Assembly (NCBI GenBank): GCA_963765205.1
Contig: CAVXVB010000009.1
Span: forward strand, 416,001 to 480,000
From: an uncultured Verrucomicrobiae bacterium
GTDB lineage: Bacteria; Verrucomicrobiota; Verrucomicrobiia; Opitutales; JABDGR01
Direction of reading: 5' to 3'
Length of the DNA stretch: 64,000 nucleotides
The translations under genes and the position numbers were made by a program. Under the pieces are notes generated by a model. The model had not been told where the DNA came from. It worked only from the letters and a program-made list of their open reading frames with translations, and ran no database searches. Below, piece by piece: positions 21,483 to 32,368 of the stretch (position 1 is the stretch's first letter; each line of letters begins with the position of its first letter).

Positions 21483-22643
21483 TTGCCATTCATGTTTTTT
21501 CCCCGGTGTATTGTCTTCGCCACCACCGTTTTTGGCCATGGCGCCAATGGCCCGGAAACCTATGCGCGCTATTTATGGGACGGCTTTCGCGACGACCCGG
21601 AGATAGAATTCCACCTCGTCGCCCCGGACTTCCCTGGTGCGCACCCCCGCTGGCATCCGGCGGGCCGCGGCGTCAACTCCCTCGATTTATACCGGCGCGT
21701 CGCGCAAACGATACTGCAAACCGCGCGGCAGCTCGGCGTTTCTGGAAAAAAGCCGCTTTTGCACGTGAACAGTTCCAACCTCCATTCTTCATTGCTGGCC
21801 TACGACGGACTGCTCTGGGGCCAGGTCAATGATTACGAAAACGCAGACTGGTGGCGCAACGCGGGTGAAACGGTGCGCTGCGCGGGCTGGCGGCGGTTTT
21901 TCGCCCTCGCCCGGCGGCGCTGGCTCGAACGCCGGTTGCTGGCCCGTCAGGACTTGTCCCTCTGCAATTCCGATTTTACGCGCAAAAAAATCCTGGCGGA
22001 ATACCGGCTGCCGCACCCGGAGCGCGTCATCACGCTGCACAAAGCCGTGGACTTGGAATATTTCCGCCGGCCGCTGCCCTGTCCGACCGACCCGCTGGCC
22101 CGCCCCGCCTCCGCGCGCCGGTTTGTGTTCGTCGGCAGCGACATCGTTCGCAAGGGTTTGGACGTTTTATTGCAGGCCGTCGCGTGGCTGCCCGCAGATT
22201 TTAACTGGCATCTCACGGTTGTTGGCGCCACGCACGCCCAAGCAGCCCAGGCGTTTCCCGCGTTGCCTATACCTGCCAGTATGCAGCGCGTCATCTTTGC
22301 CGGAACCGTCGAGAAAGAACCATTGCGCCGGATTTTGTGGAATTCCGATGTGTTTGTGTTGCCCTCCCGTGCGGAGGCCTTGGGCGTGGCGTTGCTCGAG
22401 GCGCTGTCCGCCGGCTTGCCGGTCGTGGCCGCGCAGGTCGGCGGCATTCCTGAAATCGTCCAAAATCCCGCCGCCGGAATATTGGTGCCGCCGGATGACC
22501 CCGTTCTCCTCGCGCAAGCCTTGCGCGACAGCCAACCTTGGCCTGGGGGCCAGCCGCCGGCGGCGGTGCGGAAAATCCTCGAATATTTTTCCACCCGGGC
22601 CATGATCACCCGTTTACGCAACCTTTATTTGCAGGCGGTGTGA
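21483..22643 (+). CDS. GT4 glycosyltransferase
   Basis: RKGLDVLL, FVLPSRAEALGVALLEA, VGGIPE. Confidence 0.85.
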   Translation: MPFMFFPRCIVFATTVFGHGANGPETYARYLWDGFRDDPEIEFHLVAPDFPGAHPRWHPAGRGVNSLDLYRRVAQTILQTARQLGVSGKKPLLHVNSSNLHSSLLAYDGLLWGQVNDYENADWWRNAGETVRCAGWRRFFALARRRWLERRLLARQDLSLCNSDFTRKKILAEYRLPHPERVITLHKAVDLEYFRRPLPCPTDPLARPASARRFVFVGSDIVRKGLDVLLQAVAWLPADFNWHLTVVGATHAQAAQAFPALPIPASMQRVIFAGTVEKEPLRRILWNSDVFVLPSRAEALGVALLEALSAGLPVVAAQVGGIPEIVQNPAAGILVPPDDPVLLAQALRDSQPWPGGQPPAAVRKILEYFSTRAMITRLRNLYLQAV

Positions 22644-22661
22644 CCGCCTGGCCGGTATCCC

Positions 22662-23750
22662 ATGCTTTCCATCATCGTCCCGACCTACCGGGAGGCGGAG
22701 AACATTCTTCCGCTCGTGCAACGCATCCGCGCCACGCTCGACGCGCAAGGTGGTTATGAGATTGTGTTTGTGGATGACAACAGTGCGGATGGCACCGAGG
22801 CCCGCGTCGAGGAACTGCGCCAGGCCGGCGCGCCGGTGCGCCTGATTGTGCGCCAGACCGAGCGCGGCCTCAGCAGCGCCATTCTGCACGGCTTTCGGCA
22901 GGCCCGTGGCGATTTGCTCCTCTGCATGGACGCGGACATGAGCCATCCCCCCGAATCCATCCCCGCCCTCTTGCGGGCGCTCACCGAACAGCAGGCCGAC
23001 TTGGTCGTGGGCAGCCGTTACGTCAAAGGTGGTGGTATCGAGAAAGGGTGGGGGCTGTATCGTTGGTTGAACAGCCAGGTTGCGCTTTGGCTGGCGCGGC
23101 CCCTGTCCCGCGTGCGCGATTCGGGCGCCGGGTTCTTTCTCCTGCCCCGCCGGATTTTTGAGCAAGGAAAAAACCTGAACCCCATCGGCTACAAAGCACT
23201 CCTCGAGGTCAGCGTCAAATGCCCCTGCCGGAAAGTGGTGGAAGTGCCGATTCAATTTGCCGACCGCAAATTCGGCCAGAGCAAGTTGAACCTCCGGGAG
23301 CAGTTGCTGTATCTGCTGCACCTCAAGCGCCTCTATGATTACAAATTCGAGCGGGCCTCCCGCTTGGTCCAGTTTTGTGCGATAGGCGCCTCGGGTGTAG
23401 TGGTGAATTTGCTCGTTTTTGCCGGGCTGCAAAAACTGGGGTTGCCGCCCAAGGCCGCCTACGCCCTGGCCATCGGCGTGGCGATGACTTGGAATTTTCT
23501 GCCCAACCGCTATCTGACTTTCGACCTGACCACCCACCACCCGGTGCTGCCGCAGTATGGGCGCTTCGTGTTGACGTGCCTCGCCGGTGCGTTGGTCAAT
23601 TGGTGGGTCACGTTTGCCCTGGCGCAGGAAGCTCCCTGGTTTGGCGCGCATATCTACCGGTCGGCGTTAGCGGGGATTGGCGCCGGAGCCATAATCAATT
23701 TCGCCGTTACCCACGTCTGGGCCTTCGGCGCCGGCCGCGCGCATGAATAA
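22662..23750 (+). CDS. Polyprenol-phosphate glycosyltransferase (GT2, DPM1-like) fused to a GtrA flippase domain
   Basis: IVPTYREAENI, VDDNSADGT, MDADMSHPP, GSRY, DRKFGQSKL; 4-TM GtrA-like C-terminus (FCAIGASGVVVN...WNF..NR..TF). Confidence 0.88.
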   Translation: MLSIIVPTYREAENILPLVQRIRATLDAQGGYEIVFVDDNSADGTEARVEELRQAGAPVRLIVRQTERGLSSAILHGFRQARGDLLLCMDADMSHPPESIPALLRALTEQQADLVVGSRYVKGGGIEKGWGLYRWLNSQVALWLARPLSRVRDSGAGFFLLPRRIFEQGKNLNPIGYKALLEVSVKCPCRKVVEVPIQFADRKFGQSKLNLREQLLYLLHLKRLYDYKFERASRLVQFCAIGASGVVVNLLVFAGLQKLGLPPKAAYALAIGVAMTWNFLPNRYLTFDLTTHHPVLPQYGRFVLTCLAGALVNWWVTFALAQEAPWFGAHIYRSALAGIGAGAIINFAVTHVWAFGAGRAHE

Positions 23751-23768
23751 CTTGCGAAGGCACTCTTT

Positions 23769-25208
23769 ATGATCGCCACCCACCCATCGCAGGGCATTTG
23801 GCTGTGGAAGGTTTTTTTCTGCGCGGCGATTTTCCGCCTGATTTTTTTGATCTGGGGTTGGACAGCCTGGCATGCCGAGCCCCAGGATGGGATGAGCCAG
23901 CTCTATTTTCGGCAGGGCTATGGGCTGGCGGCTGGTTACGGCTACGTGTCCCCGCAAGGTGCGGGTGGCGCCCAACTCAAGGCCTTATATAATCTGGTCA
24001 CTTCCCAGGGTCTGGTGGCCACGCCGCAATCGGCCCCGCCCCTGCCCGCGGGTGATGTCCACTTCGAAATGCTGCACCCACCCGGTCTCGCTCTTCTGAT
24101 TGCCGGGTTGCATCGTTTGGTCAGGGGGCCGGCCGAATTGCCGGTGGAAGTGGCGGGCCTGTTCTTGGATTCGCTCGCGGCGGTGTTGTTCGGTTGGCTG
24201 GTATCTGAAGCGTTCACTCCCGGGATTGGGTATGCGGCCGGGTTGGTTTACGCCTTTTTCCCGCCGGCTGCTTATGGGGCCACCACGGCCCGGGCACCTG
24301 AGGGGTTGATGGCCGCCTTCATTGTTGGTGCCACCGCTTGCGTCTGGCTGGCGATGACCCGCGGGCAACAGCGCTGGTTTCAGTGGTGCGGCTTGGGCGG
24401 CTTGGTGCTGGGTGTGGGCTGCGCCTTCCGGCCGGATTATTTGTTGTTGCCCGTGGCCCTGGGGTTTGGCGCCTGGATGATGTCCCGCCGGTTTTGGGTT
24501 TCAGTGCGCAACTTGGTAGTCATGCAAATAATTGCGTTGGCGGTTATGGTTCCCTGGGCCTTGCGCAACCATGCTTTGTGCGGCCGGTGGATTTTTACTT
24601 CGACCAGTGTGGGTGCCACACTCATTACCGGTTTGGGCGAATATCATAATCCTTGGGGATTTGGATCTTCCGACACCGACCGCGCCCAGCAAGCCGCCGC
24701 GCAGGGAGTGGCCAGCCCCTGGGATCCCGCTGCCGATGCCTACTTCCGCAAGCTGTTTTGGCAATCGGTGGAAGAAAATCCCGCGGGCTATCTCATGACC
24801 ATCGTGAAACGGATACCCTTGGCCGTGGCGCCGCCGTTGGACGTGGGCTTTCAGAACCCTTACAAAGACAATACCATCGAGCAAATTCGGAAGCAAAAAA
24901 ACCTGGATCGCTATGATCTGTTGCGCGCCCAACCCGGTCATCTGCTGCTAGCCTATGGGGACGTGCTTGCCGCTGCTGGAGTCTGTTTGGCGGCCCTGCT
25001 GGCTGATGCTTTCATGTTTTGGCGCGAGCGGCGCCGCTGGGGCCTCTGCTTATTTCTGCTGTGCCCCCACCTTTACAGCGTCGGCACCCATCTGCTGGCC
25101 CATTTTGAGCCGCGCTTTTTGCTCCCCAGCATTTGGTCGTTGCTCATCGGCTTGGCCTATGTATTTGGCCGCCCTAGCCTTTCGCGCGGGCCGGCTTCGA
25201 TAAAATGA
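23769..25208 (+). CDS. Multi-TM GT-C-type (ArnT/PMT-like) glycosyltransferase
   Basis: HPPGL, PEGL, AFRPD, PWALRN, EPRFLLP; follows the GT2-GtrA gene. Confidence 0.65.
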   Translation: MIATHPSQGIWLWKVFFCAAIFRLIFLIWGWTAWHAEPQDGMSQLYFRQGYGLAAGYGYVSPQGAGGAQLKALYNLVTSQGLVATPQSAPPLPAGDVHFEMLHPPGLALLIAGLHRLVRGPAELPVEVAGLFLDSLAAVLFGWLVSEAFTPGIGYAAGLVYAFFPPAAYGATTARAPEGLMAAFIVGATACVWLAMTRGQQRWFQWCGLGGLVLGVGCAFRPDYLLLPVALGFGAWMMSRRFWVSVRNLVVMQIIALAVMVPWALRNHALCGRWIFTSTSVGATLITGLGEYHNPWGFGSSDTDRAQQAAAQGVASPWDPAADAYFRKLFWQSVEENPAGYLMTIVKRIPLAVAPPLDVGFQNPYKDNTIEQIRKQKNLDRYDLLRAQPGHLLLAYGDVLAAAGVCLAALLADAFMFWRERRRWGLCLFLLCPHLYSVGTHLLAHFEPRFLLPSIWSLLIGLAYVFGRPSLSRGPASIK

Positions 25209-25269
25209 GGTTGTCTTTGGCCTCCATTCTTGAATAATTGGCCCTTTACCCCAGCACGGCTCCACTCTC

Positions 25270-26598
25270 ATGTCCTCCTCCCCCGGCAGCGCGACTCGTC
25301 ATGGCATCGGCAAAGTTGACCGATGGATCGTCCACTATTTGACCTTCTGCTCGTTTATATTCGGGGGTACCTACATTGCCACCTATTGCTATCACCAGAG
25401 TTCATTGGTTCAGTATATCTCCATGCTGATTGGCGCCGTGCTTCTGGTAAAGATGCTGATTCTCCCGCCATCCCACGGAGGAATAAGCGGGCGTGCCACG
25501 GTTATAATATCCCTGCTCATGGTCGTGGCGCTCTTCAACATGGTTGTTTCCTGGGATCCGGTCGAGAGTTCCCTGCGTTGGGTATTCTGGCTCGGCATTG
25601 TGATTTGTTTGGCTCGTGTGGTGGGGGCCAGCGATGGCTCCTGGGTGGAGGCCACCATCCAGCGGCTCCCTTACCTTTTCACCTTTCTGTATCTCACCGA
25701 CGTGGTGGCCGGCCATTACGCCACGGACGACAATAGCTTGCGTTCCGCCCTTCACTTGTCGGGGTTGTATGGCAACCTCATTTTGGCCTCCGGTTTGTTT
25801 GCCCAGAAACTTTGGCAGCGGGCCTTATGGTCTGGGGTCGGGCTGGTGGCCATCTTCTTATCCGGCGCGGGCGGGGCGTTGTTTACCATTCCCATCATGT
25901 TCGTTCCGTATATTCTCTACAGCGCCACCAGCATGCCGGTGAAAGGCATTGCCATCGCCGGCATGTTGATGTTTGGCGGCCTCTTTTTCTTCAAGTCGCA
26001 GTTATTCGACCAGTTTTTGGATATCAAGCTCCAAATCACCCCGGCGGAGGAAGGCAGTTACAATGGCCTCGACCGCCTTGAGCGATCGAAGGACATGCGC
26101 CTGCAACTGGTCGAATACGGTTTTTTGCTGGCCATGCAGAATCCCCTGGGCACTGGCTTGGGCCATACCTATTCAGAATTGATTTCCGGCGAAATGGGCG
26201 TCTCCCATGTGCATAACGGCACCCTCACCATGATCATCGAGCTGGGCTTTCCCGGTTTTGCGGTGGTGGCCTGTTTGGTGCTTTGGATTTTCGCAAGCAT
26301 ATTGCGCAGCCCCTCCGTCGGCAAGCAGGTCAAGGCGTTTTACTTCACCTATTTTTTCACGATCTTCGGCCGGTCCCTGTCCGAAAATTACACCTTTTTC
26401 GACTTGGGTAATTTTTTCAATATCGTATTTTTAATTTTTACGGCTTACCTTTTTCTCTACCAACGCTCGCCGCAGGCAGTTCCGCCCGGGCCGAGTCGTC
26501 CGGCCTTCCGCCCCCGGCCCATGATGCTGCCTCCTCCGCGCTGGCCCATGCCACCCCCGGGGGCGCGCCCGCCGCCCCGCTCGGTTCCCGCCCATTGA
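25270..26598 (+). CDS. O-antigen polymerase/ligase (Wzy_C) membrane protein with Pro-rich tail
   Basis: About 10 TM helices; NPLGTGLG, SHVHNGTLTMIIELG. Confidence 0.7.
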   Translation: MSSSPGSATRHGIGKVDRWIVHYLTFCSFIFGGTYIATYCYHQSSLVQYISMLIGAVLLVKMLILPPSHGGISGRATVIISLLMVVALFNMVVSWDPVESSLRWVFWLGIVICLARVVGASDGSWVEATIQRLPYLFTFLYLTDVVAGHYATDDNSLRSALHLSGLYGNLILASGLFAQKLWQRALWSGVGLVAIFLSGAGGALFTIPIMFVPYILYSATSMPVKGIAIAGMLMFGGLFFFKSQLFDQFLDIKLQITPAEEGSYNGLDRLERSKDMRLQLVEYGFLLAMQNPLGTGLGHTYSELISGEMGVSHVHNGTLTMIIELGFPGFAVVACLVLWIFASILRSPSVGKQVKAFYFTYFFTIFGRSLSENYTFFDLGNFFNIVFLIFTAYLFLYQRSPQAVPPGPSRPAFRPRPMMLPPPRWPMPPPGARPPPRSVPAH

Positions 26599-26665
26599 TT
26601 CGATCCCGTTGGTTTCGCGTGCGTTGGAGCCGGCCCCTGCGGCCCGGCTTCCTTTACCAAGTTTA

Positions 26666-27743
26666 ATGACTATGAGCGCAGAGCCTGCCGCCTGCCCGCG
26701 TGCCCGCCTCCTTTACCTGTCCATTAACGACGGCTCAGACACACGGATTAACAAGGAAATTGCAACGCTGAGCCGGAAGTTTGCCATTGATTTCGTCGGC
26801 ATCGCCCCGCCGGACGCCCGCCCGTTTATCACCGGGCAGGTTTGCCGCGTTGAACTTATTCACGGCCGCCGCCGGTCCATGCGGCCCCTGGCCCAGCTTT
26901 GGTGGCGGGTGCTGAAGCTTCTGGCGCACAACCGTTACGACTCGGTGCATGTGATTAATGAGAACTTATATTTGCTGCTCTGGCCCTTGTTACTGGGCCA
27001 GCGCGTGGTGCTGGATGTGTTCGATTCCTGGTTCTTGAAATCCCGGATGTCCGGCTGGCTGGTTGGGTTGGGCCAGCGCCTCAGCTACGCTCTGCCGGCG
27101 AAAATCATTGTCACGGACGATGAACGCGCGGGTCTAATGCCGGAGTTTACACGCCCCAAGCTGGTCATTATTCCCAATTATCCCTTCCGCTACACCGGGC
27201 CGCACCAGGCGCGGGATGCGGCCATCGTCCGCGTGCTCTATGCCGGCTCGTTGTCCGCGCGCCGCGGCACGGAATTCGTGGCCCGTCTGCTCGCGGCGGC
27301 CGGCGATGTCCATGTGGTCATGGCCGGCTGGATTCGCGACCAGCCGACGCAAGACTTGTGCGCGCACCCGCGGGTCGAATGGCTCGGCATTCTTCCCCAA
27401 CAGGAAATCATCGCGCACGCCACGCGCTGTAATTTCATCCTTTGCCATTATGAGCCGGTGATTGCAAACAACATCTATGCCAGCCCCAACAAAATCTACG
27501 ATGCCATTCAGGCCGGTTGCGCGGTCATCATCAACCCTGAAGTGCGGGTCTCCCGCTTTGTGCGCGAGCACGATCTGGGTGTCATCCTTGACGCTTACGA
27601 GCCGTCCGATATGAAAGCAGTCACCCAAGCCCTCCGCGACTTTCAGGCCCGTTATCGGCTCGGACCCCACCCTGCGCGAACGATTTTTATGGGAATCCGT
27701 CGAGGACCGGCTCCTCGCCGCCCATCACCCCTCCGCTGCTTGA
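26666..27743 (+). CDS. Glycosyltransferase; frameshift near 27660 falsely fuses it to the next gene
   Basis: DTRINKE, IIPNYP, YAGSL..RG, ASPNKIYDA; +1 frame gives DPTLRERFLWESVEDRLLAA..TGA 27743. Confidence 0.75.
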
Positions 27744-27808
27744 ACTTTGCGCCCGGGATTGTAATTCCGCCTCCCGCGGCCCGAGGATGCCGGGCCACCA
27801 TCCGTTCC

Positions 27809-29941
27809 ATGAAACAAATTCTACAAAACCTCGCCAATGGCGAGACTCTGCTGGCCGAAGTGCCTGCGCCCGGCGTGCCACCCGGAGGCTTGCGCATCGC
27901 CACCCGCGCCACGCTTGTTTCGCTGGGCACCGAACGTATGCTGCTCGAATTTGGCCGCGCGAACCTGTTGGAAAAAGCCCGCCAGCAGCCTGACAAGGTC
28001 CACCAGGTCTTCGCGAAAATTAAAACGGAGGGCCTGTTTGCGACCATCGCCGCCGTGCGCACCCGGCTGGCCGAGCCGCTCGTGCTCGGTTATTGCAACG
28101 CCGGGATCGTGCTCGAAGTCGGCGCGGGCGTCCAGGGCTGGCGGCCGGGCGACCGCGTGCTCTCCAACGGCCCGCACGCCGAGGTCGTTGCCGTGCCCGC
28201 GAACCTGTGCGCAAAAATCCCCGACGCCGTGCCGGATGCGCATGCGCCCTTTGCGGTCACGGGCGCCATTGCCTTGCAAGGCATCCGGCTGTTGCAGCCT
28301 ACCTTGGGTGAATGCTTCATGGTCACGGGTCTCGGCCTCATCGGCTTGCTGGCCGTGCAATTGCTCAAAGCGCACGGTTGCCGGGTCCTTGGGGTGGACT
28401 ACGACTCCGCAAAATGCGCGCTGGCCCGCCAATTCGGCGCGGAAACCGTGGATTTGTCACGCAACGAGGACCCCGTCGCGCTGGCGCGGGCTTTCACCGG
28501 CGGGCGCGGCCTGGATGGTGTGCTTATTACCGCCTCCACCAAAAGCTGTGAACCCATCGCGCAGGCCGCGCAGGCCTCCCGCAAACGCGGTCGCATCGTC
28601 CTCGTCGGCGTGGCGGGTCTTGAGTTAAACCGCGCCGATTTTTATGAGAAGGAACTCACTTTCCAGGTTTCCTGCTCCTACGGGCCGGGCCGCTATGATC
28701 CCGAATATGAGATCAAGGGCCATGATTACCCGCTGCCGTTCGTGCGCTGGACGGAACAGCGCAATTTTGAAGCCGTCCTGGCGCAAATGGCTTCCGGCGC
28801 CGTCGCCATCGCGCCGCTCATCACGCGCCGGATTCCGTTTGACCACGCTTTGCAGGCCTATGAGGCCGTCAGCGATCGCGCGACGCTCGGGCTGGTACTT
28901 GAATACGAAGTCGCCCATTCTGCATTGGAATCCACGGCTTCGAAAACCATCCGCCATGCCCCGGGGGCGGCCCGCCCGTCCGCGGGTTTGGTGGTGGGTG
29001 TGCTTGGCGCGGGCGATTTTGCCACCCGGTTTCTGCTGCCGGCGTTACAAAGGCACAGTCCGCCTCGCTTCAAGGCCATTGTTTCCGCCCGAGGCGTCAC
29101 CGCGGCGCAAGCCGCCCGCCGCTTTGGCTTTGCCGTTTCCTCGACGGACCCGGCCACGGTGCTGGCCGACCCGGAAATTAACGTGGTCTTCATCGCCTCC
29201 TACGATGGCGCCCACGCCAGTCAGACGCTGGCCGCGCTCGCCGCCGGCAAGCATGTCTTCGTCGAAAAACCGCTCTGCCTCACACTGGATGAATTGGCCG
29301 CAATCGAACTCGCCGCCGCCGGCGCGCGTTCGCTGCTCATGGTTGGCTACAACCGCCGCTTCTCACCGCATCTGGTCAAAATGAAATCCCTGCTCGAGGG
29401 CGTCCGCGCCCCGCGCGCCATGATTTACACCCTTAACACCGGCCACCTGCCGGCCTCCCATTGGCAGTTTAATCCCTTGACGGGCGGTGGCCGCCTCATC
29501 GGCGAAGCCTGTCATTTTGTGGACACGCTGCGGTTTCTCGCGGGCGCCCCCATTGTCGCCGCCCGCGCCGATTTTCTGGGCGGCGCCGAAGGGCGGCAGG
29601 GCGACGTGGTCGCGCTGCATTTGCGCTTTGCCGACGGCTCCATCGGCACCGTGCATTACCTCGCCAACGGCAATCCGAAATTATCCAAGGAGCGCCTCGA
29701 AGTATTCTGCGCCGGCCGGATTTTGCAAATGGACAATTTCCGCCGCCTCACCGGCTACGGCTGGAACGGTTTTAAAAACTTTAAAACCTGGAGTCTCGCC
29801 AAAGGCCACCAAGCCCAATACGACGCGTTTGTGGACGCCGTGCGCCAGGGCCGGCCCAGCCCGATTCCGCCGGAGGAAATTTTCGAAATCAGCCGCGCCA
29901 CCATCAATCTTGCGCAAGCACAGACTGCGTCCTCCGGATGA
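27809..29941 (+). CDS. Bi-domain oxidoreductase (Zn-ADH-like + Gfo/Idh/MocA)
   Basis: MKQILQNL start, SLGTE, LGYCNAG, YEKEL..SCSYGPGRYD, VFVEKPL, GEACHFVD. Confidence 0.9.
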   Translation: MKQILQNLANGETLLAEVPAPGVPPGGLRIATRATLVSLGTERMLLEFGRANLLEKARQQPDKVHQVFAKIKTEGLFATIAAVRTRLAEPLVLGYCNAGIVLEVGAGVQGWRPGDRVLSNGPHAEVVAVPANLCAKIPDAVPDAHAPFAVTGAIALQGIRLLQPTLGECFMVTGLGLIGLLAVQLLKAHGCRVLGVDYDSAKCALARQFGAETVDLSRNEDPVALARAFTGGRGLDGVLITASTKSCEPIAQAAQASRKRGRIVLVGVAGLELNRADFYEKELTFQVSCSYGPGRYDPEYEIKGHDYPLPFVRWTEQRNFEAVLAQMASGAVAIAPLITRRIPFDHALQAYEAVSDRATLGLVLEYEVAHSALESTASKTIRHAPGAARPSAGLVVGVLGAGDFATRFLLPALQRHSPPRFKAIVSARGVTAAQAARRFGFAVSSTDPATVLADPEINVVFIASYDGAHASQTLAALAAGKHVFVEKPLCLTLDELAAIELAAAGARSLLMVGYNRRFSPHLVKMKSLLEGVRAPRAMIYTLNTGHLPASHWQFNPLTGGGRLIGEACHFVDTLRFLAGAPIVAARADFLGGAEGRQGDVVALHLRFADGSIGTVHYLANGNPKLSKERLEVFCAGRILQMDNFRRLTGYGWNGFKNFKTWSLAKGHQAQYDAFVDAVRQGRPSPIPPEEIFEISRATINLAQAQTASSG

Positions 29942-31105
29942 CCATGCCGAAGAAAAAAATCGCCCTCGTGGCCGGCACCCGGCCCGAAGTCATCAAGCTG
30001 GCGCCGGTCTATTTTGCGCTGCGCGAGAGCGCCACGCTCGAGCCGCTCCTGCTCTCGACCGGCCAGCATCGGCAGATGCTCGATCAGGCCTTTGCTGTTT
30101 TTGGACTCCAGCCCGATCTCGAGTTGAATCTGATGCAACCGGGGCAATCCCTGCCGGATTTGACGGCGCGCGTGGTCACGCAAGTCGCCGCCGCGCTGCG
30201 CGAGTCGCGCCCCGCGGCCCTCCTCGCCCAAGGCGATACCACGACCGTGCTCGGCGCGGCGCTGGCCGCGTTTTACGAACGCGTCCCCCTCGGCCACGTC
30301 GAAGCAGGCCTGCGCACCGGTAATTTCGACGCGCCCTGGCCCGAGGAAATGAACCGCCGCCTGGCCGACCCGATTTCCCGTTGGTGCTTTGCGCCCACCG
30401 CCTGGAGTGCCGCCAATTTGCGCGCCGAAGGCCTGCCGGAGAAAAGCATCCACGTCACCGGCAACACCGTGGTGGACGCGCTCTTGTGGGTGCGCGAAAA
30501 ATTGCGCGGCGCACCACGTTTGGCGAGGGCGGTCGCGACGCGCTGCGCCATTCCGGAAAATTTTGCCCAGCGCTATCTCGAGGCCCCGGACGCGCGTTTC
30601 GTCCTCATCACCGGCCATCGGCGTGAATCCTTTGGCCTGGGTTTTGAGAACATCTGCCACGCCATTGCGGAATTGGCGCGGCTTTACCCTGATCTTCGGC
30701 CTGCTGTATCCTGTGCATCTGAACCCCAATGTGCAGGAGCCCGTGCGCCGTCTGCTCGGGCCCAATCCCCGCGTCGCGCTCGTACCGCCGGCGGATTATG
30801 AGGATTTTATTTGGCTGATGGACCGCTGCCATTTTATGCTCAGTGATTCCGGCGGCGTGCAGGAAGAGGCGCCCAGCCTTGGCAAACCCGTGCTCGTCCT
30901 GCGTGACACGACCGAGCGGCCCGAAGGCGTCGAGGCCGGCACCTGCCGGCTCGTCGGCACCGACCCCGCGCGCATTCTGGCCGAAGCCGCCGTCTTGCTC
31001 GGCAATGCCGCTGAATATGCCCGGCGCGCGCGCCTGCAAAATCCCTATGGAGACGGCCGCGCCGGCCTCCGCATCCGCGCCATCCTGGAAAAATCGCTGG
31101 CTTGA
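29938..31105 (+). CDS. wecB: UDP-GlcNAc 2-epimerase (non-hydrolysing); frameshift near 30695
   Basis: GTRPEVIKLAP, TGQHR, QGDTTT, HVEAGLRT, HRRES; next frame YPVHLNP, SDSGGVQEEAP, TERPE. Confidence 0.92.
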
Positions 31106-31114
31106 CAATTTAAT

Positions 31115-32368
31115 ATGAATTACGACATTTGCGTTCTCGGCCTGGGTTACATCGGCTTGCCGACCGCCTCCATCTTTGCCACCAAAGGCAAAAAAGTCCT
31201 GGGCGTGGACGTGGTGCCCGCCGTGGTCGAGACCATCAACGCCGGCCACATCCACATCGAAGAGCCGGACCTCGACGTGCTCGTGCGTGCCGCGGTGCAA
31301 AGTGGGAATTTACGCGCCGCCCGCCGGCCCGCACCCGCCGCGGTCTATATCATCGCCGTGCCGACGCCCTTTCACCACGGCACCGGACGGGAGAAGACGC
31401 CGGATTTGTCCTTTGTGGAACAGGCGACGCGCTCGCTGGCCCCCGTCGTGCCCGCGGCCGCGCTGGTCATTCTCGAATCCACCAGCCCCGTTGGCACCAC
31501 GGCACAGGTATGCGCCTGGCTGCTCGACGAATTGCACCGCGTCCGCCCCACCGAGGCGGCGGCGCTCGGCGCTTCGCTGCGCTTCGCGCATTGTCCCGAG
31601 CGAATTTTGCCCGGCCAGATGCTGAAGGAACTCGTCGCCAACGACCGTATCGCCGGCGGGCTGACCCCCGCCGCCGCCCAGGCCGCGCTGGAATTATACC
31701 GCGTTTTTTGCACAGGAGATATTTTTCTCACCGATGCCCGCACGGCCGAAATGGCGAAGCTCACGGAAAATTCCTTCCGCGACGTGAACATCGCCTTCGC
31801 CAACGAACTTTCGCTCATTTGTGAAAAACTGGATATTGATGTCTGGGAACTCATCCGCCTCGCCAACCGCCATCCGCGCGTGAAAATCCTCCAACCCGGC
31901 CCCGGCGTCGGCGGGCACTGCATCGCGGTGGATCCGTGGTTTATCGTGGCGGCCGCGCCCGATGAAGCGCGGCTCATTCGCACGGCGCGGGAAGTTAATG
32001 ACAGCAAGCCGGCCCGCGTGCTGGCCTGGATCAAGTCCGCGGCGGCGCCGTTTCCCCGGCCCGTCATTGCCTGCCTCGGCCTGGCCTTTAAGGCCGACGT
32101 GGACGATTTGCGCGAAAGCCCGGCGGTCGGGATTGTCGAGCAATTGGCCAAGGATTTTACCGGCGAAATTCTGGCCGTCGAGCCGCACATCCAGGCGCTC
32201 CCCGCGGCCTTGGCCGCCAGCGGCCGGGTAAATCTGGTTGATGCGGCGCTTGCCCTGGCGCGCGCCGATGTGGTGGTCCTGCTCGTCAACCACCGCGCGT
32301 TCAGCGAACTTGACCGGCGGAAGCTCGTAGGCAAGGCGGTCATTGACACGCGCGGATTTTGGCAATGA
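31115..32368 (+). CDS. wecC: UDP-ManNAc dehydrogenase
   Basis: GLGYIGLPTA, ESTSPVGTT, HCPER, ENSFRDVNIAFANE, GVGGHCIAVDP. Confidence 0.92.
   Translation: MNYDICVLGLGYIGLPTASIFATKGKKVLGVDVVPAVVETINAGHIHIEEPDLDVLVRAAVQSGNLRAARRPAPAAVYIIAVPTPFHHGTGREKTPDLSFVEQATRSLAPVVPAAALVILESTSPVGTTAQVCAWLLDELHRVRPTEAAALGASLRFAHCPERILPGQMLKELVANDRIAGGLTPAAAQAALELYRVFCTGDIFLTDARTAEMAKLTENSFRDVNIAFANELSLICEKLDIDVWELIRLANRHPRVKILQPGPGVGGHCIAVDPWFIVAAAPDEARLIRTAREVNDSKPARVLAWIKSAAAPFPRPVIACLGLAFKADVDDLRESPAVGIVEQLAKDFTGEILAVEPHIQALPAALAASGRVNLVDAALALARADVVVLLVNHRAFSELDRRKLVGKAVIDTRGFWQ

Noticed and set aside
26609..29941. 1110-aa glycosyltransferase-oxidoreductase fusion ORF
   Set aside because: A +1 shift near 27660 restores a normal GT C-terminus with stop at 27743. 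The oxidoreductase has its own typical start (MKQILQ) at 27809, and the linker reads as non-protein-like.
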